A stretch of DNA of 64,000 bases from an uncultured beta proteobacterium (GTDB lineage: Bacteria > Pseudomonadota > Gammaproteobacteria > Burkholderiales > Burkholderiaceae_C): assembly GCA_963738605.1 (NCBI GenBank), contig CAVTXG010000014.1:39732-103731 (forward strand), in the 5' to 3' direction. The translations under genes and the position numbers were made by a program. Shown here piece after piece: positions 10,056 through 20,311 of the stretch. Every line of letters begins with the position of its first letter. Position 1 is the stretch's first letter. A model generated the notes under the pieces. The model did not search any database and was not told where the DNA came from. It saw nothing but the letters and a program-made list of their open reading frames with translations.

Positions 10056-12097
10056 GCTTTCTCGACCTGCACCAGGCAGTCGTAGAAGGTCGGCGCGCGG
10101 CCGATGTCGGTCAGGCGCTGGCTGGTGAGCTCGTTGACGTTGGTGCCGTCGGCGTTGAACTTGCGCCACCACACGCCCAGGCCGTTGACGACGCCCGGCC
10201 GCGCGCGCGCGCTGACTTCGCAGCGGCAGCGGTGCTCGCCGCGCTGGTTGAAGACGCGCACCAGCGCGCCGCTTTCGATGCCGCGCGCAGCCGCGTCGTC
10301 GGCGTGCATCTCGAGCAGCGGCTCGCCCTCGATCGTGCGCAGGCTCTTGACGTTGACGAAGCTCGAGTTGAGGAAGTGCCGCGCCGGCGGCGAGATCATC
10401 GCCAGCGGAAAGCGCTGCGCGAGTTCGGGCGACGACAACACGCTCTCGTGGTTGGGCACGTGTTCGGGCACGCCCATGCCGCAAGGTGCGACCTGGGCAC
10501 GGCCGTTGTCCGTGAGGAAGCCGCCGTCGGCAAACGGCGCGTCGGGCAGCGGCAGCGTGGCCCAGCCGCGCTCGCGCAGCGCCTCGAACGAGGTGCCGAT
10601 GGCCGCCCAGTCGAAGGCCTGGCGCGCCAGCTCTTCGTCGCTGTCGGCGAAGCAGTTGTCGGCAAAGCCCATGCGCTGCGCCAGCTCGCGAAAGATCTGC
10701 GTGTTGGGTTGGGCCTCGCCCAGCGGCGCGATCGCCGGCTCGTTGAACAGGATGTCGGTGTGGCCGTAGGTGCCGTGCACGTCCATGTGTTCGAGCTGCG
10801 TCGTCGCCGGGAGCACATAGTCGGCATGGTCGGCGGTGTCGGTCATGAAGTGCTCGAGCACGACGGTAAAGAGATCGTCGCGCGCGAAGCCCGCCACCAC
10901 CTTCTTCGACTCGGGCGCCACCGCCACCGGGTTGCTGTTGTAGACGATCAGCGCTTCGATCTTCGGCGTGGCGTGCAGCAGGTCGTCGCCGATGGTGCTC
11001 ATGTTGATGGTGCGCGGGCGCCGGCCGGCGAGCAGATCGGGCCGCGTCAGCGACGGGTTCTTGAAGCGCGCGAACCAGCCGGAGCTCGACAGCAACAGGC
11101 CGCCGGCACGGTGCCGCCAGGCCCCCGTCAGGCACGGCAGCAGCGCGATCAAACGCGCCGCACTGCCGCCGCCGTGCACGCGCTGCATGCCGTAGTTCAG
11201 GCGGATCGCCGCGGGCTGCGCCTGCGCCAGCTCGCGCGCCAGACCGCGCACTTCATCGGCCGTGATGCCGCACACCGCCGCGGCGCGCTCGCTCGGCCAC
11301 TCGGCAATGCGCCTGGCGAGCGAATCGAAGCCGTCGACGTGGCGTGCGACGTACTCGCGATCGATCCAGTCGTGCTCGACCCACTCGTGCATCACGCCCA
11401 GCGCCAGCGCGCCGTCGCTGCCGGGCAGCAGGGCGATGTGCTGGTGGCACTTCTCGGCGGTCTCGGTGCGCCGCGGGTCGATCGCGATCAGCTTGGCGCC
11501 GCGGCGCTTGGCCTCCTGCGCCAGCATCCAGAAGTGCAGGTTGCTCGCGATCGAGTTGCTGCCCCAGATGACGATCAGCTTGCTCTCGGCGAAAAAGCGC
11601 GTGTGCATGCCGACCTTGGCGCCGTAGGTCGCGATCAGCGCCTCACCGCCGGCCGCAGAACAGATGGTGCGATCGAGCAGCGATGCGCCGAGCTTGTGGA
11701 AGAAGCGCTGCGCCATCGCCTCGCCCTGCACCAGGCCCATCGTGCCGGCGTAGCTGTAGGGCACGATGGCCTGGGGTTCGCGCGCAGCGATCGCCTTCAA
11801 GCGCGTCGCGATGTCGCTCGAGGCTTCGTCCCAGGAGACGCGAACGAACTGTCCGCTGCCCTTCGCGCCGACGCGCTTGAGTGGATATTTCACGCGCTCG
11901 TCGTGATAAGTGCGCTCTGCATAGCGGCTGACCTTGGTGCAGAGCGCGCCCGCCGTGGGGTGGTGATCGGGGTCGCCCTGGATGCGCACGACGCGGCCTT
12001 CTTCGACGGTGACACGCAACGCGCAGGTGTCGGGGCAGTCGTGTGGGCAGGCCGCGTGAATCGTTCGCACCTTGCCTGAAGTTGCAGCAGTGGTCAT
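10052..12097 (-). CDS. molybdopterin-dependent oxidoreductase family protein
   Basis: ORF 10052..12097, 681 aa. N-terminal Fe-S Cys cluster CPHDCPDTC...C, followed by MopB-type and C-terminal molybdopterin-binding-like regions. Confidence 0.85.
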   Translation of the reverse strand: MTTAATSGKVRTIHAACPHDCPDTCALRVTVEEGRVVRIQGDPDHHPTAGALCTKVSRYAERTYHDERVKYPLKRVGAKGSGQFVRVSWDEASSDIATRLKAIAAREPQAIVPYSYAGTMGLVQGEAMAQRFFHKLGASLLDRTICSAAGGEALIATYGAKVGMHTRFFAESKLIVIWGSNSIASNLHFWMLAQEAKRRGAKLIAIDPRRTETAEKCHQHIALLPGSDGALALGVMHEWVEHDWIDREYVARHVDGFDSLARRIAEWPSERAAAVCGITADEVRGLARELAQAQPAAIRLNYGMQRVHGGGSAARLIALLPCLTGAWRHRAGGLLLSSSGWFARFKNPSLTRPDLLAGRRPRTINMSTIGDDLLHATPKIEALIVYNSNPVAVAPESKKVVAGFARDDLFTVVLEHFMTDTADHADYVLPATTQLEHMDVHGTYGHTDILFNEPAIAPLGEAQPNTQIFRELAQRMGFADNCFADSDEELARQAFDWAAIGTSFEALRERGWATLPLPDAPFADGGFLTDNGRAQVAPCGMGVPEHVPNHESVLSSPELAQRFPLAMISPPARHFLNSSFVNVKSLRTIEGEPLLEMHADDAAARGIESGALVRVFNQRGEHRCRCEVSARARPGVVNGLGVWWRKFNADGTNVNELTSQRLTDIGRAPTFYDCLVQVEKA

Positions 12098-12202
12098 GAA
12101 ATGAACTATTGCACATCGACCCGCGGTGCGTGCGGTGCACGCCCTTCAATGTCGCGCGCATTGCGCTGAAACTTTGGGCTCCTCGTCTTGCACCCTGCCG
12201 CC

Positions 12203-13327
12203 ATGCTGCGCCGAACCCTGCTCAAGAAGTCCATCAGCGGCTGCGCCGCGCTCGCCCTGCCCGCTTTCGCCCAGGCGCGCGGCCTCGTCATCGGCCAGTC
12301 GGCCGCGTTCACCGGCCCGGCGGCGCAGCTCGGCATCCAGATGAACGCCGGCGTCAAGCTCTGGTTCGATCAGGTCAACGCCGGCGGTGGCATCAACGGC
12401 CATCAGCTCGAGCTGCGCACCGCCGACGACGGCTACGAGCCCGACCGCTGCAAGGCCAACACCGAGAAGTTCATCAAGGACGACGTCTTCGCGCTGCTCG
12501 GCTACGTCGGCACGCCGACCTGCGCCGCGGCGCTGCCGCTGGTCAACGAAGAAAAGATTCCGTTCTTCGGCCCCTTCACCGGCGCCGAAATCCTGCGCGA
12601 GCCGTTCTCGAAGTCGGTGTTCCACCTGCGCGCTTCGTACTACGACGAGACCGAGCTGATCGTCAAGCAGCTGACGACGCTCGGCCTGAACCGCGTCGCC
12701 GTCTTCTATCAGAACGACGCTTACGGCAAGGCCGGCCTCGAAGGCACGGTGCGCGCATTGAAGCGCCGCAACCTCGAAGCGGTCACCACCAGCACCGTCG
12801 AGCGCAACACGATCGACGTGGCCAAGGCGGTGGCCGAGATCGTGCCCAAGCATCCGAACGCCGTGGTGCAGATCAGCGCCTACAAGTCCTGCGCCGCGTT
12901 CATCCGCGAAGCGCGCAAGGCCGGCTTCGGCGGCACCTTCTTCAACGTCTCGTTCGTCGGCACGCAGGCCTTGGCCGACGAGCTGAAGAGCGACGGCACG
13001 GGCGTGGTGGTCAGCCAGGTCATGCCCTTCCCCTACACCGCGTCGAGCGCGATCACGCGCGAGTTCGCGGCTGCCACGGCCAAGGCCGGCGGCACGGTGC
13101 AGGCCAACTACTCGAGCCTCGAGGGCTACCTGGCGGCCAAGGTCTTCACCGAAGGCCTGCGGCGCGCGCCGAAGAACCCGACGCGCGAGCAGTTGATCGC
13201 CGGGCTCGAATCGATCCAGCGCGCCGACTTCGGCGGCTTCCTGGTCGACTTCGGCGGGCGCGACCACGTGGCGTCGAGCTACGTCGATCTGTCGATGCTC
13301 ACCGGCGACGGCAAGGTCCGGCGCTGA
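12203..13327 (+). CDS. periplasmic substrate-binding protein, Leu/Ile/Val-binding (type 1 PBP) family, paralog 1
   Basis: ORF 12188..13327 (TTG); first ATG at 12203. Signal peptide, then GQSAAFTGPAAQLG...DDGYEPDRCKAN. Confidence 0.88.
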   Translation: MLRRTLLKKSISGCAALALPAFAQARGLVIGQSAAFTGPAAQLGIQMNAGVKLWFDQVNAGGGINGHQLELRTADDGYEPDRCKANTEKFIKDDVFALLGYVGTPTCAAALPLVNEEKIPFFGPFTGAEILREPFSKSVFHLRASYYDETELIVKQLTTLGLNRVAVFYQNDAYGKAGLEGTVRALKRRNLEAVTTSTVERNTIDVAKAVAEIVPKHPNAVVQISAYKSCAAFIREARKAGFGGTFFNVSFVGTQALADELKSDGTGVVVSQVMPFPYTASSAITREFAAATAKAGGTVQANYSSLEGYLAAKVFTEGLRRAPKNPTREQLIAGLESIQRADFGGFLVDFGGRDHVASSYVDLSMLTGDGKVRR

Positions 13328-13347
13328 TTTTCATCAGGAGACACTGC

Positions 13348-14499
13348 ATGACTGCACACACCGAAGCACGCCGGCGCGCGCTCAAGCAACTCGCCGGTGC
13401 CGCTGCCGCCGGTCTCGCTACCCCGCTGTGGGCGCAGTCGGCCGGCAAGACCATCGTGCTCGGCCAGTCGGCGCCGTTCACCGGGCCGGCGGCGCAACTC
13501 GGCGAGCAGTTCAAGCGCGGCGCGCTGCTGTACTTCAACCAGCTCAATGCCAAGGGTGGCGTCAACGGCCGCACCATCGAACTGAAGAGCCTGGACGACG
13601 GCTACGAGCCGGACCGCTGCAAGGCCAACACCGACAAGCTCATCAAGGACGGCGTGTTCGCCCTCTTCGGCTACATCGGCACGCCCACCAGCCTGGCGGC
13701 GCTGCCGCTGGCCACCGCGGCGCAGGTGCCCTTCATCGCGCCCTTCACCGGCGCGCAGGCGCTGCGCGAGCCGTTCAACCGCTTTGCCTTCCACGTGCGC
13801 GCCTCGTACTTCGACGAGACCGCCGAGATCGTCAAGCAGGTGACGTCGATCGGCGCCAAGCGCGTCGCCGTCTTCCACCAGAACGACGCCTACGGCAAGG
13901 CCGGTCTCGATGGTGTGCTGCGCGCGCTCAAGCCGCTCAACCTGGAGCCCGCGGCCCTGGGCACCGTCGAGCGCAACACCATCGATGTGGCCGCGGCGGT
14001 CAAGACCATCGTCGCCGCCAAGCCCGATGCGATCGTGCAGATCAGCGCCTACAAATCCTGCGCGGCGTTCATCCGCGAGGCGCGCAAGGCCGGCTATGGC
14101 GGCAGCTTCTACAACGTCAGCTTCGTCGGCACCAAGGCGCTGGCCGACGAACTCGGCGCCGATGCGCGCGGCGTCGTCGTCAGCCAGGTCATGCCCTATC
14201 CCTACTCGCCGGCCTCGCCGATCTCGACCGAGTACCTGGCCGCAGGCAAGGCCGCCGAGGCCGACAAGTTCGCCCCCAACTACAGCAGCATCGAGGGCTT
14301 CGTCGCGGCCAAGACCTTTGCCGAAGCCTTGAGGCGCATGACCGGCGCCGCCAGCGCCGAGTCGCTGATCGCGGGCCTGGAGTCGCTGCGCGAACACAAC
14401 CTCGGCGGCTTCTTCGTCGACTTCGGCGCGAGCAAGCACATGGGTTCGCGTTTCGTCGACCTGACGATCCTGACGGGCGACGGCAAGGTCCGGCGCTAG
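13348..14499 (+). CDS. periplasmic substrate-binding protein, same family, paralog 2
   Basis: In-frame part of ORF 12109..14499. ATG 13348 with an AGGAGA RBS. Roughly 60% identical by eye to paralog 1, and both end with LTGDGKVRR. Confidence 0.88.
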   Translation: MTAHTEARRRALKQLAGAAAAGLATPLWAQSAGKTIVLGQSAPFTGPAAQLGEQFKRGALLYFNQLNAKGGVNGRTIELKSLDDGYEPDRCKANTDKLIKDGVFALFGYIGTPTSLAALPLATAAQVPFIAPFTGAQALREPFNRFAFHVRASYFDETAEIVKQVTSIGAKRVAVFHQNDAYGKAGLDGVLRALKPLNLEPAALGTVERNTIDVAAAVKTIVAAKPDAIVQISAYKSCAAFIREARKAGYGGSFYNVSFVGTKALADELGADARGVVVSQVMPYPYSPASPISTEYLAAGKAAEADKFAPNYSSIEGFVAAKTFAEALRRMTGAASAESLIAGLESLREHNLGGFFVDFGASKHMGSRFVDLTILTGDGKVRR

Positions 14500-14556
14500 C
14501 GGCGCGGGTTGCGGCGCGCAGCGCCACCGATAATCCCCGCAAACCGGGGATTTGTG

Positions 14557-15720
14557 ATGAGCTGTGTCGGTGGAATCTGTGCGCGACGCCACGCAATCGC
14601 CTGGCTGGCTGCAGCCAGCCTGTTCGTGGCCGCGGCGCCGGTGGTCGCGGCCGAGGCCGGCGTCAGCGCCGCCGAGGTGCTGATCGGCCAGGACATCACG
14701 CTGCAAGGAGGCAAGAACCGCTACGGCGTGGCAGCGCTCGACGGCATGCAGCTGTACCTCGAAGCAGTCAACAGCGCCGGCGGCGTGCACGGCCGCAAGC
14801 TGGTGCTGCGCACGCTCGACGACGACAACAAGGCCCCCACAGCCGAAGCCAACGCCCGCCAGCTCGTTGCCGAGGGCGCCTTCATCCTCTTCGGCTCGCA
14901 GGAAGGCGGGCCTTCGAGCGCGGTAGCCAAGGCGGCCGAGGAGCTGCGGGTGCCGTTCTTCGGCCCGATGGCCGGCTCGCCGAACTTGCGCCGTCCGCAC
15001 TCGCCCATGGTGTTTCCGGTGCGCGCCGAGCACCGCGACGAGTTCCGCGCGCTGATGGAGTGGGGCCAGCGCACTGGCCTGAAGAGCGTGGGCTTCTTGC
15101 ATGCCGATTCCGACGTCGGCCGTGCGCACCTCGAGAACGTCAAGCTCGCGGCCGTCGAGCTCGGCATGAGCCTGACGCTGGCGCTGCCGTTTCGCGGCGA
15201 GATCAGCGACATGCAGCTCGACGAGCTGGCGCAGCGCATCGTGCAGGCGCAGCCCGACCTCTTCTTCAATCACGGCAGTGCCGGCGTCTATGCCAAGCTG
15301 ATCGCCAAGGCACGCAAGACGCGGCTGAGGACCACGTTCATGGCCGTCAACTCCGGCTCGACGCAGCTTGCTGCCGATCTTGGCCCGCTGGCGCACGGCA
15401 TGGTGTTCGCGCAGGTCGTGCCCAGCCCGACCGAACGCAAGCATGCGATCTCGCGCGAGTTCCAGGCGGCGATGGCCAAAGGCCGCCCCGGCGTAGCGCT
15501 CAGCTACGGCGGCCTCGAAGGTTTTCTCACCGCCAAGGCGCTGGTGATGGCGCTGCAGGCCACCGGCAGGGACCTGACGCGTGCGGCCTTCGTCAGCGCG
15601 CTCGAACGCTCGAACTTCGACCTCGGCGGCGTCGGCGTGCGCTACTCGAAGCAGTCGCACGACGGCTCGCGCTTCGTCGACCTGTCGATGTACTCGCGCG
15701 AGGACCGCTTCATCCACTGA
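14557..15720 (+). CDS. periplasmic substrate-binding protein, same superfamily, divergent paralog 3
   Basis: ORF 14509..15720; ATG 14557 precedes the signal peptide (MSCVGGICARRHAIAWLAAASLFVAAAPVVAAEA). Confidence 0.8.
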   Translation: MSCVGGICARRHAIAWLAAASLFVAAAPVVAAEAGVSAAEVLIGQDITLQGGKNRYGVAALDGMQLYLEAVNSAGGVHGRKLVLRTLDDDNKAPTAEANARQLVAEGAFILFGSQEGGPSSAVAKAAEELRVPFFGPMAGSPNLRRPHSPMVFPVRAEHRDEFRALMEWGQRTGLKSVGFLHADSDVGRAHLENVKLAAVELGMSLTLALPFRGEISDMQLDELAQRIVQAQPDLFFNHGSAGVYAKLIAKARKTRLRTTFMAVNSGSTQLAADLGPLAHGMVFAQVVPSPTERKHAISREFQAAMAKGRPGVALSYGGLEGFLTAKALVMALQATGRDLTRAAFVSALERSNFDLGGVGVRYSKQSHDGSRFVDLSMYSREDRFIH

Positions 15721-15905
15721 GGAACCGGCCCACCCCCGGAGCGGCTGACGCCGCTCCCCCTCAAGTGGGCCGAGGCCCGCGGCTCCAAGCCGGCCCGCGC
15801 CGGCTTGGACGGGCCGAGGAGTGGCCGCGTCTCGCGGCCACGCGGCCTGCAAGGCCCGCCAGCGGCCGGGCAAAGCCGCGATCCGCGGCGGTCGCTTGGC
15901 AGGTC
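15721..15905. repeat. array of four GC-rich hairpins (REP/BIME-like), copy B
   Basis: Perfect stems: GGAGCGGC-tgac-GCCGCTCC (15738..15757), CCAAGCCGGC-ccgc-GCCGGCTTGG (15785..15808) and GTGGCCGCG-tct-CGCGGCCAC (15821..15841), plus GCCGCG-atc-CGCGGC. The two middle modules recur in copy D. Confidence 0.7.
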
Positions 15906-15958
15906 AAGGACTGTGAGCAGAGCGTAAACTGGTTTCGATCCCCGGAGGTTGTGCTGTC

Positions 15959-17158
15959 ATGTTCGCCATCGACTCGATCCTTGCCGATGCCGCTGCCATC
16001 GCCACGATGCGGCGCGACATCCACGCCCACCCCGAACTCTGCTTCGAGGAAAAGCGCACCAGCGACGTGATCGCGAAGGCGCTGACGGATTGGGGCATCC
16101 CGATCCACCGCGGCCTGGGCACCACCGGCGTCGTCGGCATCGTCAAGAACGGCACGAGCAAGCGTGCCGTCGGCCTGCGCGCCGACATCGACGCACTGCC
16201 GATGACCGAGCACAACAAGTTCGAGCATGCGAGCCGCTACGCCGGCAAGATGCATGCGTGCGGCCACGATGGCCACACCGCGATGCTGCTGGCCGCGGCC
16301 AAGCATTTCAGCAAGCACCGCGATTTCGACGGCACGGTCTACCTGATCTTCCAGCCGGCCGAAGAAGGCGGCGGCGGCGCGCGCGAGATGATCAAGGACG
16401 GCCTGTTCGACCGGTTCCCGATGGAAGCGATCTTCGGCGCACACAACTGGCCGGGCATGAAGGCCGGCCAGTTCGGCGTCACGCCCGGGCCCTGCTTCGC
16501 ATCGAGCAACGAATTCAAGATCACGATCCGCGGCAAGGGCAGCCACGCCGCGCTGCCGCACAACGGCATCGACCCGGTGCCGATCGCCTGCCAGATGGTG
16601 CAGGCCTTCCAGACGATCATCACGCGCAACAAGCGGCCGATCGACGCCGGCGTGATCTCGGTGACGATGATCCACGCCGGCGAAGCCACCAACGTCGTGC
16701 CCGACAGCTGCGTGCTCGAAGGCACGGTGCGCACCTTCACGTTGGAGGTGCTCGACATGATCGAGCGCCGCATGAAGGAGATCGCCGAGCACACCTGCGC
16801 GGCTTTCGGCGCAGCCTGCGAATTCGCCTTCGAGCGCAACTATCCGCCGACGATCAACCATGAGGCCGAGACCGCGTTCTTCCGCCGCATTGCCGGTGAA
16901 GTGGCCGGCCCGGACAACGTGCTGCACTTCGAGCCGACGATGGGCGCGGAAGATTTCAGCTACTTCCTGCAGGCCAAGCCCGGCTGCTACTTCCTCATCG
17001 GCAACGGCGACGGCGCGCACCGCGAGCTCGGCCACGGCGAAGGCCCCTGCATGCTGCACAACCCGAGCTACGACTTCAACGACGAGCTGATTCCGCTCGG
17101 CGCGACGATGTGGGTGCGCCTGGCGCAGGCCTGGCTGAATCAGGCGCCGCAGCGCTGA
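15959..17158 (+). CDS. M20-family amidohydrolase (hippurate hydrolase / N-acyl-amino acid amidohydrolase type)
   Basis: ORF 15959..17158, 399 aa, GGAGG RBS, HACGHDGH metal-binding motif. Confidence 0.9.
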   Translation: MFAIDSILADAAAIATMRRDIHAHPELCFEEKRTSDVIAKALTDWGIPIHRGLGTTGVVGIVKNGTSKRAVGLRADIDALPMTEHNKFEHASRYAGKMHACGHDGHTAMLLAAAKHFSKHRDFDGTVYLIFQPAEEGGGGAREMIKDGLFDRFPMEAIFGAHNWPGMKAGQFGVTPGPCFASSNEFKITIRGKGSHAALPHNGIDPVPIACQMVQAFQTIITRNKRPIDAGVISVTMIHAGEATNVVPDSCVLEGTVRTFTLEVLDMIERRMKEIAEHTCAAFGAACEFAFERNYPPTINHEAETAFFRRIAGEVAGPDNVLHFEPTMGAEDFSYFLQAKPGCYFLIGNGDGAHRELGHGEGPCMLHNPSYDFNDELIPLGATMWVRLAQAWLNQAPQR

Positions 17159-17162
17159 GACG

Positions 17163-18167
17163 TCAGCGCCCGCGCGAGAGCGTGGCCGAAGCGCGCGCAG
17201 GCCGGTTCTTCAGCCATTGCGGTGGCCCGCTGGCGGGGGCGCGCTGTTCGCGTTGCAGCTCGATGTCGCGGAAGAGTTGCGTCACGAAGTCGATGAACAG
17301 GCGCACCCGTGCGACGCGGCGCACGCTCGGCGGGTAGAGCAGGTTCATCGGCGGCACTTCCGGCTGCTCCCAATCGGTCAGCGCGGCGATCAAGGCGCCG
17401 CTGGCCAGTTCGTGCCCGCGGCGCTTGTGCCAGTCGAGGATGCGGCCGACACCGCCGCCGCTGCGCAGCACATCGCGCACGGTGTCGCGGTGCTGGTTGT
17501 CGGTGACGAGCCAGCCGCGCGCTGTGACCGCCACGCGCTCGTCGCCGCGCTTGAAGTGCCACAGGTCCATCACCGTGCCGATGTTGCCGCGGATCGTCAG
17601 GCAGTTGTGCTGTTCGAGTTCACGCGGATGCTGCGGCATGCCGTGCGCGTCCCAGTACGACGGCGCGGCGCAGACGACGAAGCTGCTGGCGCCGATGCGC
17701 CGCTGCACCAGGTCATCGGCCTTGGGCCACCCGAGCAGCAGCAGGACATCGACGCCGGCGGCGTTGGGTTCGCTCGGCTGCGAGACGCAGCGGATGTCGA
17801 GCTGGATGTCGGGGTACAGCGCATTGAAGCGTGGCAGCGCCGCGGCCAGGCACTCCTGCATGATGACCGGCTGCGTGCCGACGACGACCGTGCCGCGCGC
17901 ACGCGGCGCCGCGCCGCCGAGCTGTTCGTCGGCCTCGTCGAGCAGCGCCAGCGCCGCGCGGCACGAATCGACATAGCGCGCGCCGCCGGCCGTCAGCGTC
18001 AGGCCCTGACTGTGACGCTCGAAAAGTTTCGCGCCGACACCAACTTCGAGTGCGCCGACGAGCTTGCCCACGGCCGCCACGCTGACGCCGAGTTTTCGCG
18101 CAGCGCCGGAGAAGCTGCCGGTTTCGGCAGCGGCGAGCACATAGGTCAGGGAACGCAGCTTGTCCAT
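17163..18167 (-). CDS. LysR-family transcriptional regulator
   Basis: ORF 17163..18167, 334 aa. N-terminal HTH FSGAARKLGVSVAAVGKLVGALE. Divergent from the Bug/TctC gene. Confidence 0.9.
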   Translation of the reverse strand: MDKLRSLTYVLAAAETGSFSGAARKLGVSVAAVGKLVGALEVGVGAKLFERHSQGLTLTAGGARYVDSCRAALALLDEADEQLGGAAPRARGTVVVGTQPVIMQECLAAALPRFNALYPDIQLDIRCVSQPSEPNAAGVDVLLLLGWPKADDLVQRRIGASSFVVCAAPSYWDAHGMPQHPRELEQHNCLTIRGNIGTVMDLWHFKRGDERVAVTARGWLVTDNQHRDTVRDVLRSGGGVGRILDWHKRRGHELASGALIAALTDWEQPEVPPMNLLYPPSVRRVARVRLFIDFVTQLFRDIELQREQRAPASGPPQWLKNRPARASATLSRGR

Positions 18168-18279
18168 GGCTTCAACCCAAAGTTGCAGGCAGCGGCAACC
18201 GCCGGAGTATTTCAGTTCGGCCGCGCAGTGCCTACAGTCAAATCATCGGCCCAACGCATCGGGCCGAAGGAGATTCGAA

Positions 18280-19267
18280 ATGAGCTTGAGCCAACGTCAA
18301 CTGCTGATCGACCTGGGCGGTGCCTTCGCCGTCGCCGGCACCCTTCCCGCCGCGCTGGCGCAACCAGCCGCCGATTGGCCCAGCAAGCCGCTGCGCCTCA
18401 TCACCGGCGGCGTGGGCAGCGTCACCGACGTGCGCGCGCGCTGGGTGGCCGAACGCCTGAGTCATGCGCTCGGCCAAACCGTCGTCGTCGAGAACAAGGG
18501 CGGCGCGGGTGGCGGCATCGGCTTGCAGGAAGTGGCGCGCAGCGCACCCGACGGCTACACGCTGGGCATGGTTCACCAGGGCACGTTGGCGGTGAACCCG
18601 CACCTCTACGCCAACACCGGCTACGACGCGCTGAAGGACTTCGCACCGATCACGCGCATGGGTGCCGGGCCGCTGCTGCTGACGGTGCACCCCGGCGTGG
18701 CGGCGAACGTCGGTGCAGGAACTCATCGCGCTGCACAAGTCGCGGCCCGGCGGCCTGAGCTACGGCTCGCCGGGCATCGGCACGCCGCCGCACATGGCGA
18801 GCGAGCTCTTCCTGCGCGCGACCGGCATCACCGCGACGCACGTGCCCTACAAGGGCGGCGGTCCGCTGATGGCCGACCTGATCGGCGGGCAGGTCGCGTG
18901 GACGATGGAAGGCCCGGCGGTGCAAACGCCCCATGTCAAGGCCGGTCGGCTGCGCGCGCTGGCCGTGAGCGGGCCGCAGCGCCTGGCCGCCTTGCCCGAG
19001 GTGCCGACGATGGCGCAGGCCGGTGTGCCATTCGAATTCGTCGGCTGGACCGGCATCGCCGCACCCGCGGCCACGCCCAAGGCGGTGATCGCGCGTCTGC
19101 ATGCCGAGCTTTCCAAGGTGCTGAACAGCGCCGAGGCGCGCGAGTGGTTCGCCGCCGGCGGCGGCGAACCCGGCCTGCTGACGCCGGAAGAATTCGAAGC
19201 CCTCATCCGCGCCGAGCACGCGAAGTTCGGCCGCGTGATCAGCGACGCCAACATCAAACTCGAGTGA
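18280..19267 (+). pseudogene. Bug/TctC-family tripartite tricarboxylate transporter substrate-binding protein, one frameshift
   Basis: The N-terminal part is in the ORF 18160..19506 frame (MSLSQRQLLIDLGG...LTVHPGVAAN). The C-terminal part is ORF 18713..19267 (QELIALHKSRPGGLSYGSPGIGTPPHM...). The frame switches at about 18706-18713, consistent with one extra base. Confidence 0.8.
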
Positions 19268-19270
19268 CTC

Positions 19271-20308
19271 ATGGCAACCGACGCTGCCGCACCCGCCGAC
19301 GATGCACGCGCTCGCCTGCTGGCGCTGATCAACGCGGCATGGACGACGCACGCCATCCACGCCGCTTGCGCGCTCGGCTTGCCTGCCCTGCTGTCGGGCG
19401 GCGCGCGCACGCCCGATCAGCTTGCCGAGGCGGCGCAGTGCCATGCTCCTTCGCTGCACAGGCTGCTGCGCGCGCTGGCCACGCTCGACGTGTGCCGCGA
19501 GCGTGACGACGGCGCTGTCGAGTTGACGGCGCTCGGCGCGCATCTGCGGCCCGACGACGCCGAATCGGTGCACGCGTGGGCGATGTTGAGCGGCAGCGCC
19601 GCGTGGTCCATGCGCTGGGGCGAGCTCGATCAGAGCGTGAAGAGCGGCACCAGCCGGCGCCTGCGGACCACCGGGCGCGACGGGTTCGATCATCTCGACG
19701 ACGGCGCGGCTGCGGCGCTGTTCAACCGCGCGATGGTCGAGCTGACGCGCCAGGTGGCGCGCGACGTGCTGTGCGTGATCGACTTTTCCGCTGCGCGACG
19801 CATCGTCGATGTCGGCGGCGGGCATGGTGAACTGCTGGCGACGATCCTGCTCGCGCATCCTGCGGCACACGGCGTGCTGTTCGACTTGCCGCATGCGATC
19901 GACGGCGCCGCCGCGAGCCTGGCGCGCGCGGGGGTTGCTGCGCGCTGCGAGTGCGTCGCCGGCAACTTCTTCGAGGCGGTGCCCGAGGGCGGCGACACCT
20001 ATCTGCTCAAGAGCGTGTTGCACAACTGGGACGATGAGCGCTGCGTCGTGCTGCTGCGCCGTTGCCGCGAAGCGATGGCGCTCGGAGCGCGCCTGCTCGT
20101 CGTCGAGCGCGTGATGTCGCAGCGTCCTGGCGCGTCCACGCGGGACCGCGCGGTCGCGCGCTCGGACCTCAACATGCTGGTGGCGCTCGCCGGGCGCGAA
20201 CGCAGCGAGGCCGAGTTCTGCGGCCTGCTGGAAGCCAGCGGATTTCGCATCGAGCGGCGCATCGCAACCGATGGCGACGCGCAGGTGATCGACGCCCGAG
20301 CGGCGTAG
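19271..20308 (+). CDS. class I SAM-dependent O-methyltransferase (Methyltransf_2 with N-terminal dimerisation domain)
   Basis: ORF 19271..20308, 345 aa. SAM motif VDVGGGHG. Begins 4 nt after the TctC stop. Confidence 0.85.
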   Translation: MATDAAAPADDARARLLALINAAWTTHAIHAACALGLPALLSGGARTPDQLAEAAQCHAPSLHRLLRALATLDVCRERDDGAVELTALGAHLRPDDAESVHAWAMLSGSAAWSMRWGELDQSVKSGTSRRLRTTGRDGFDHLDDGAAAALFNRAMVELTRQVARDVLCVIDFSAARRIVDVGGGHGELLATILLAHPAAHGVLFDLPHAIDGAAASLARAGVAARCECVAGNFFEAVPEGGDTYLLKSVLHNWDDERCVVLLRRCREAMALGARLLVVERVMSQRPGASTRDRAVARSDLNMLVALAGRERSEAEFCGLLEASGFRIERRIATDGDAQVIDARAA

Positions 20309-20311
20309 CCT

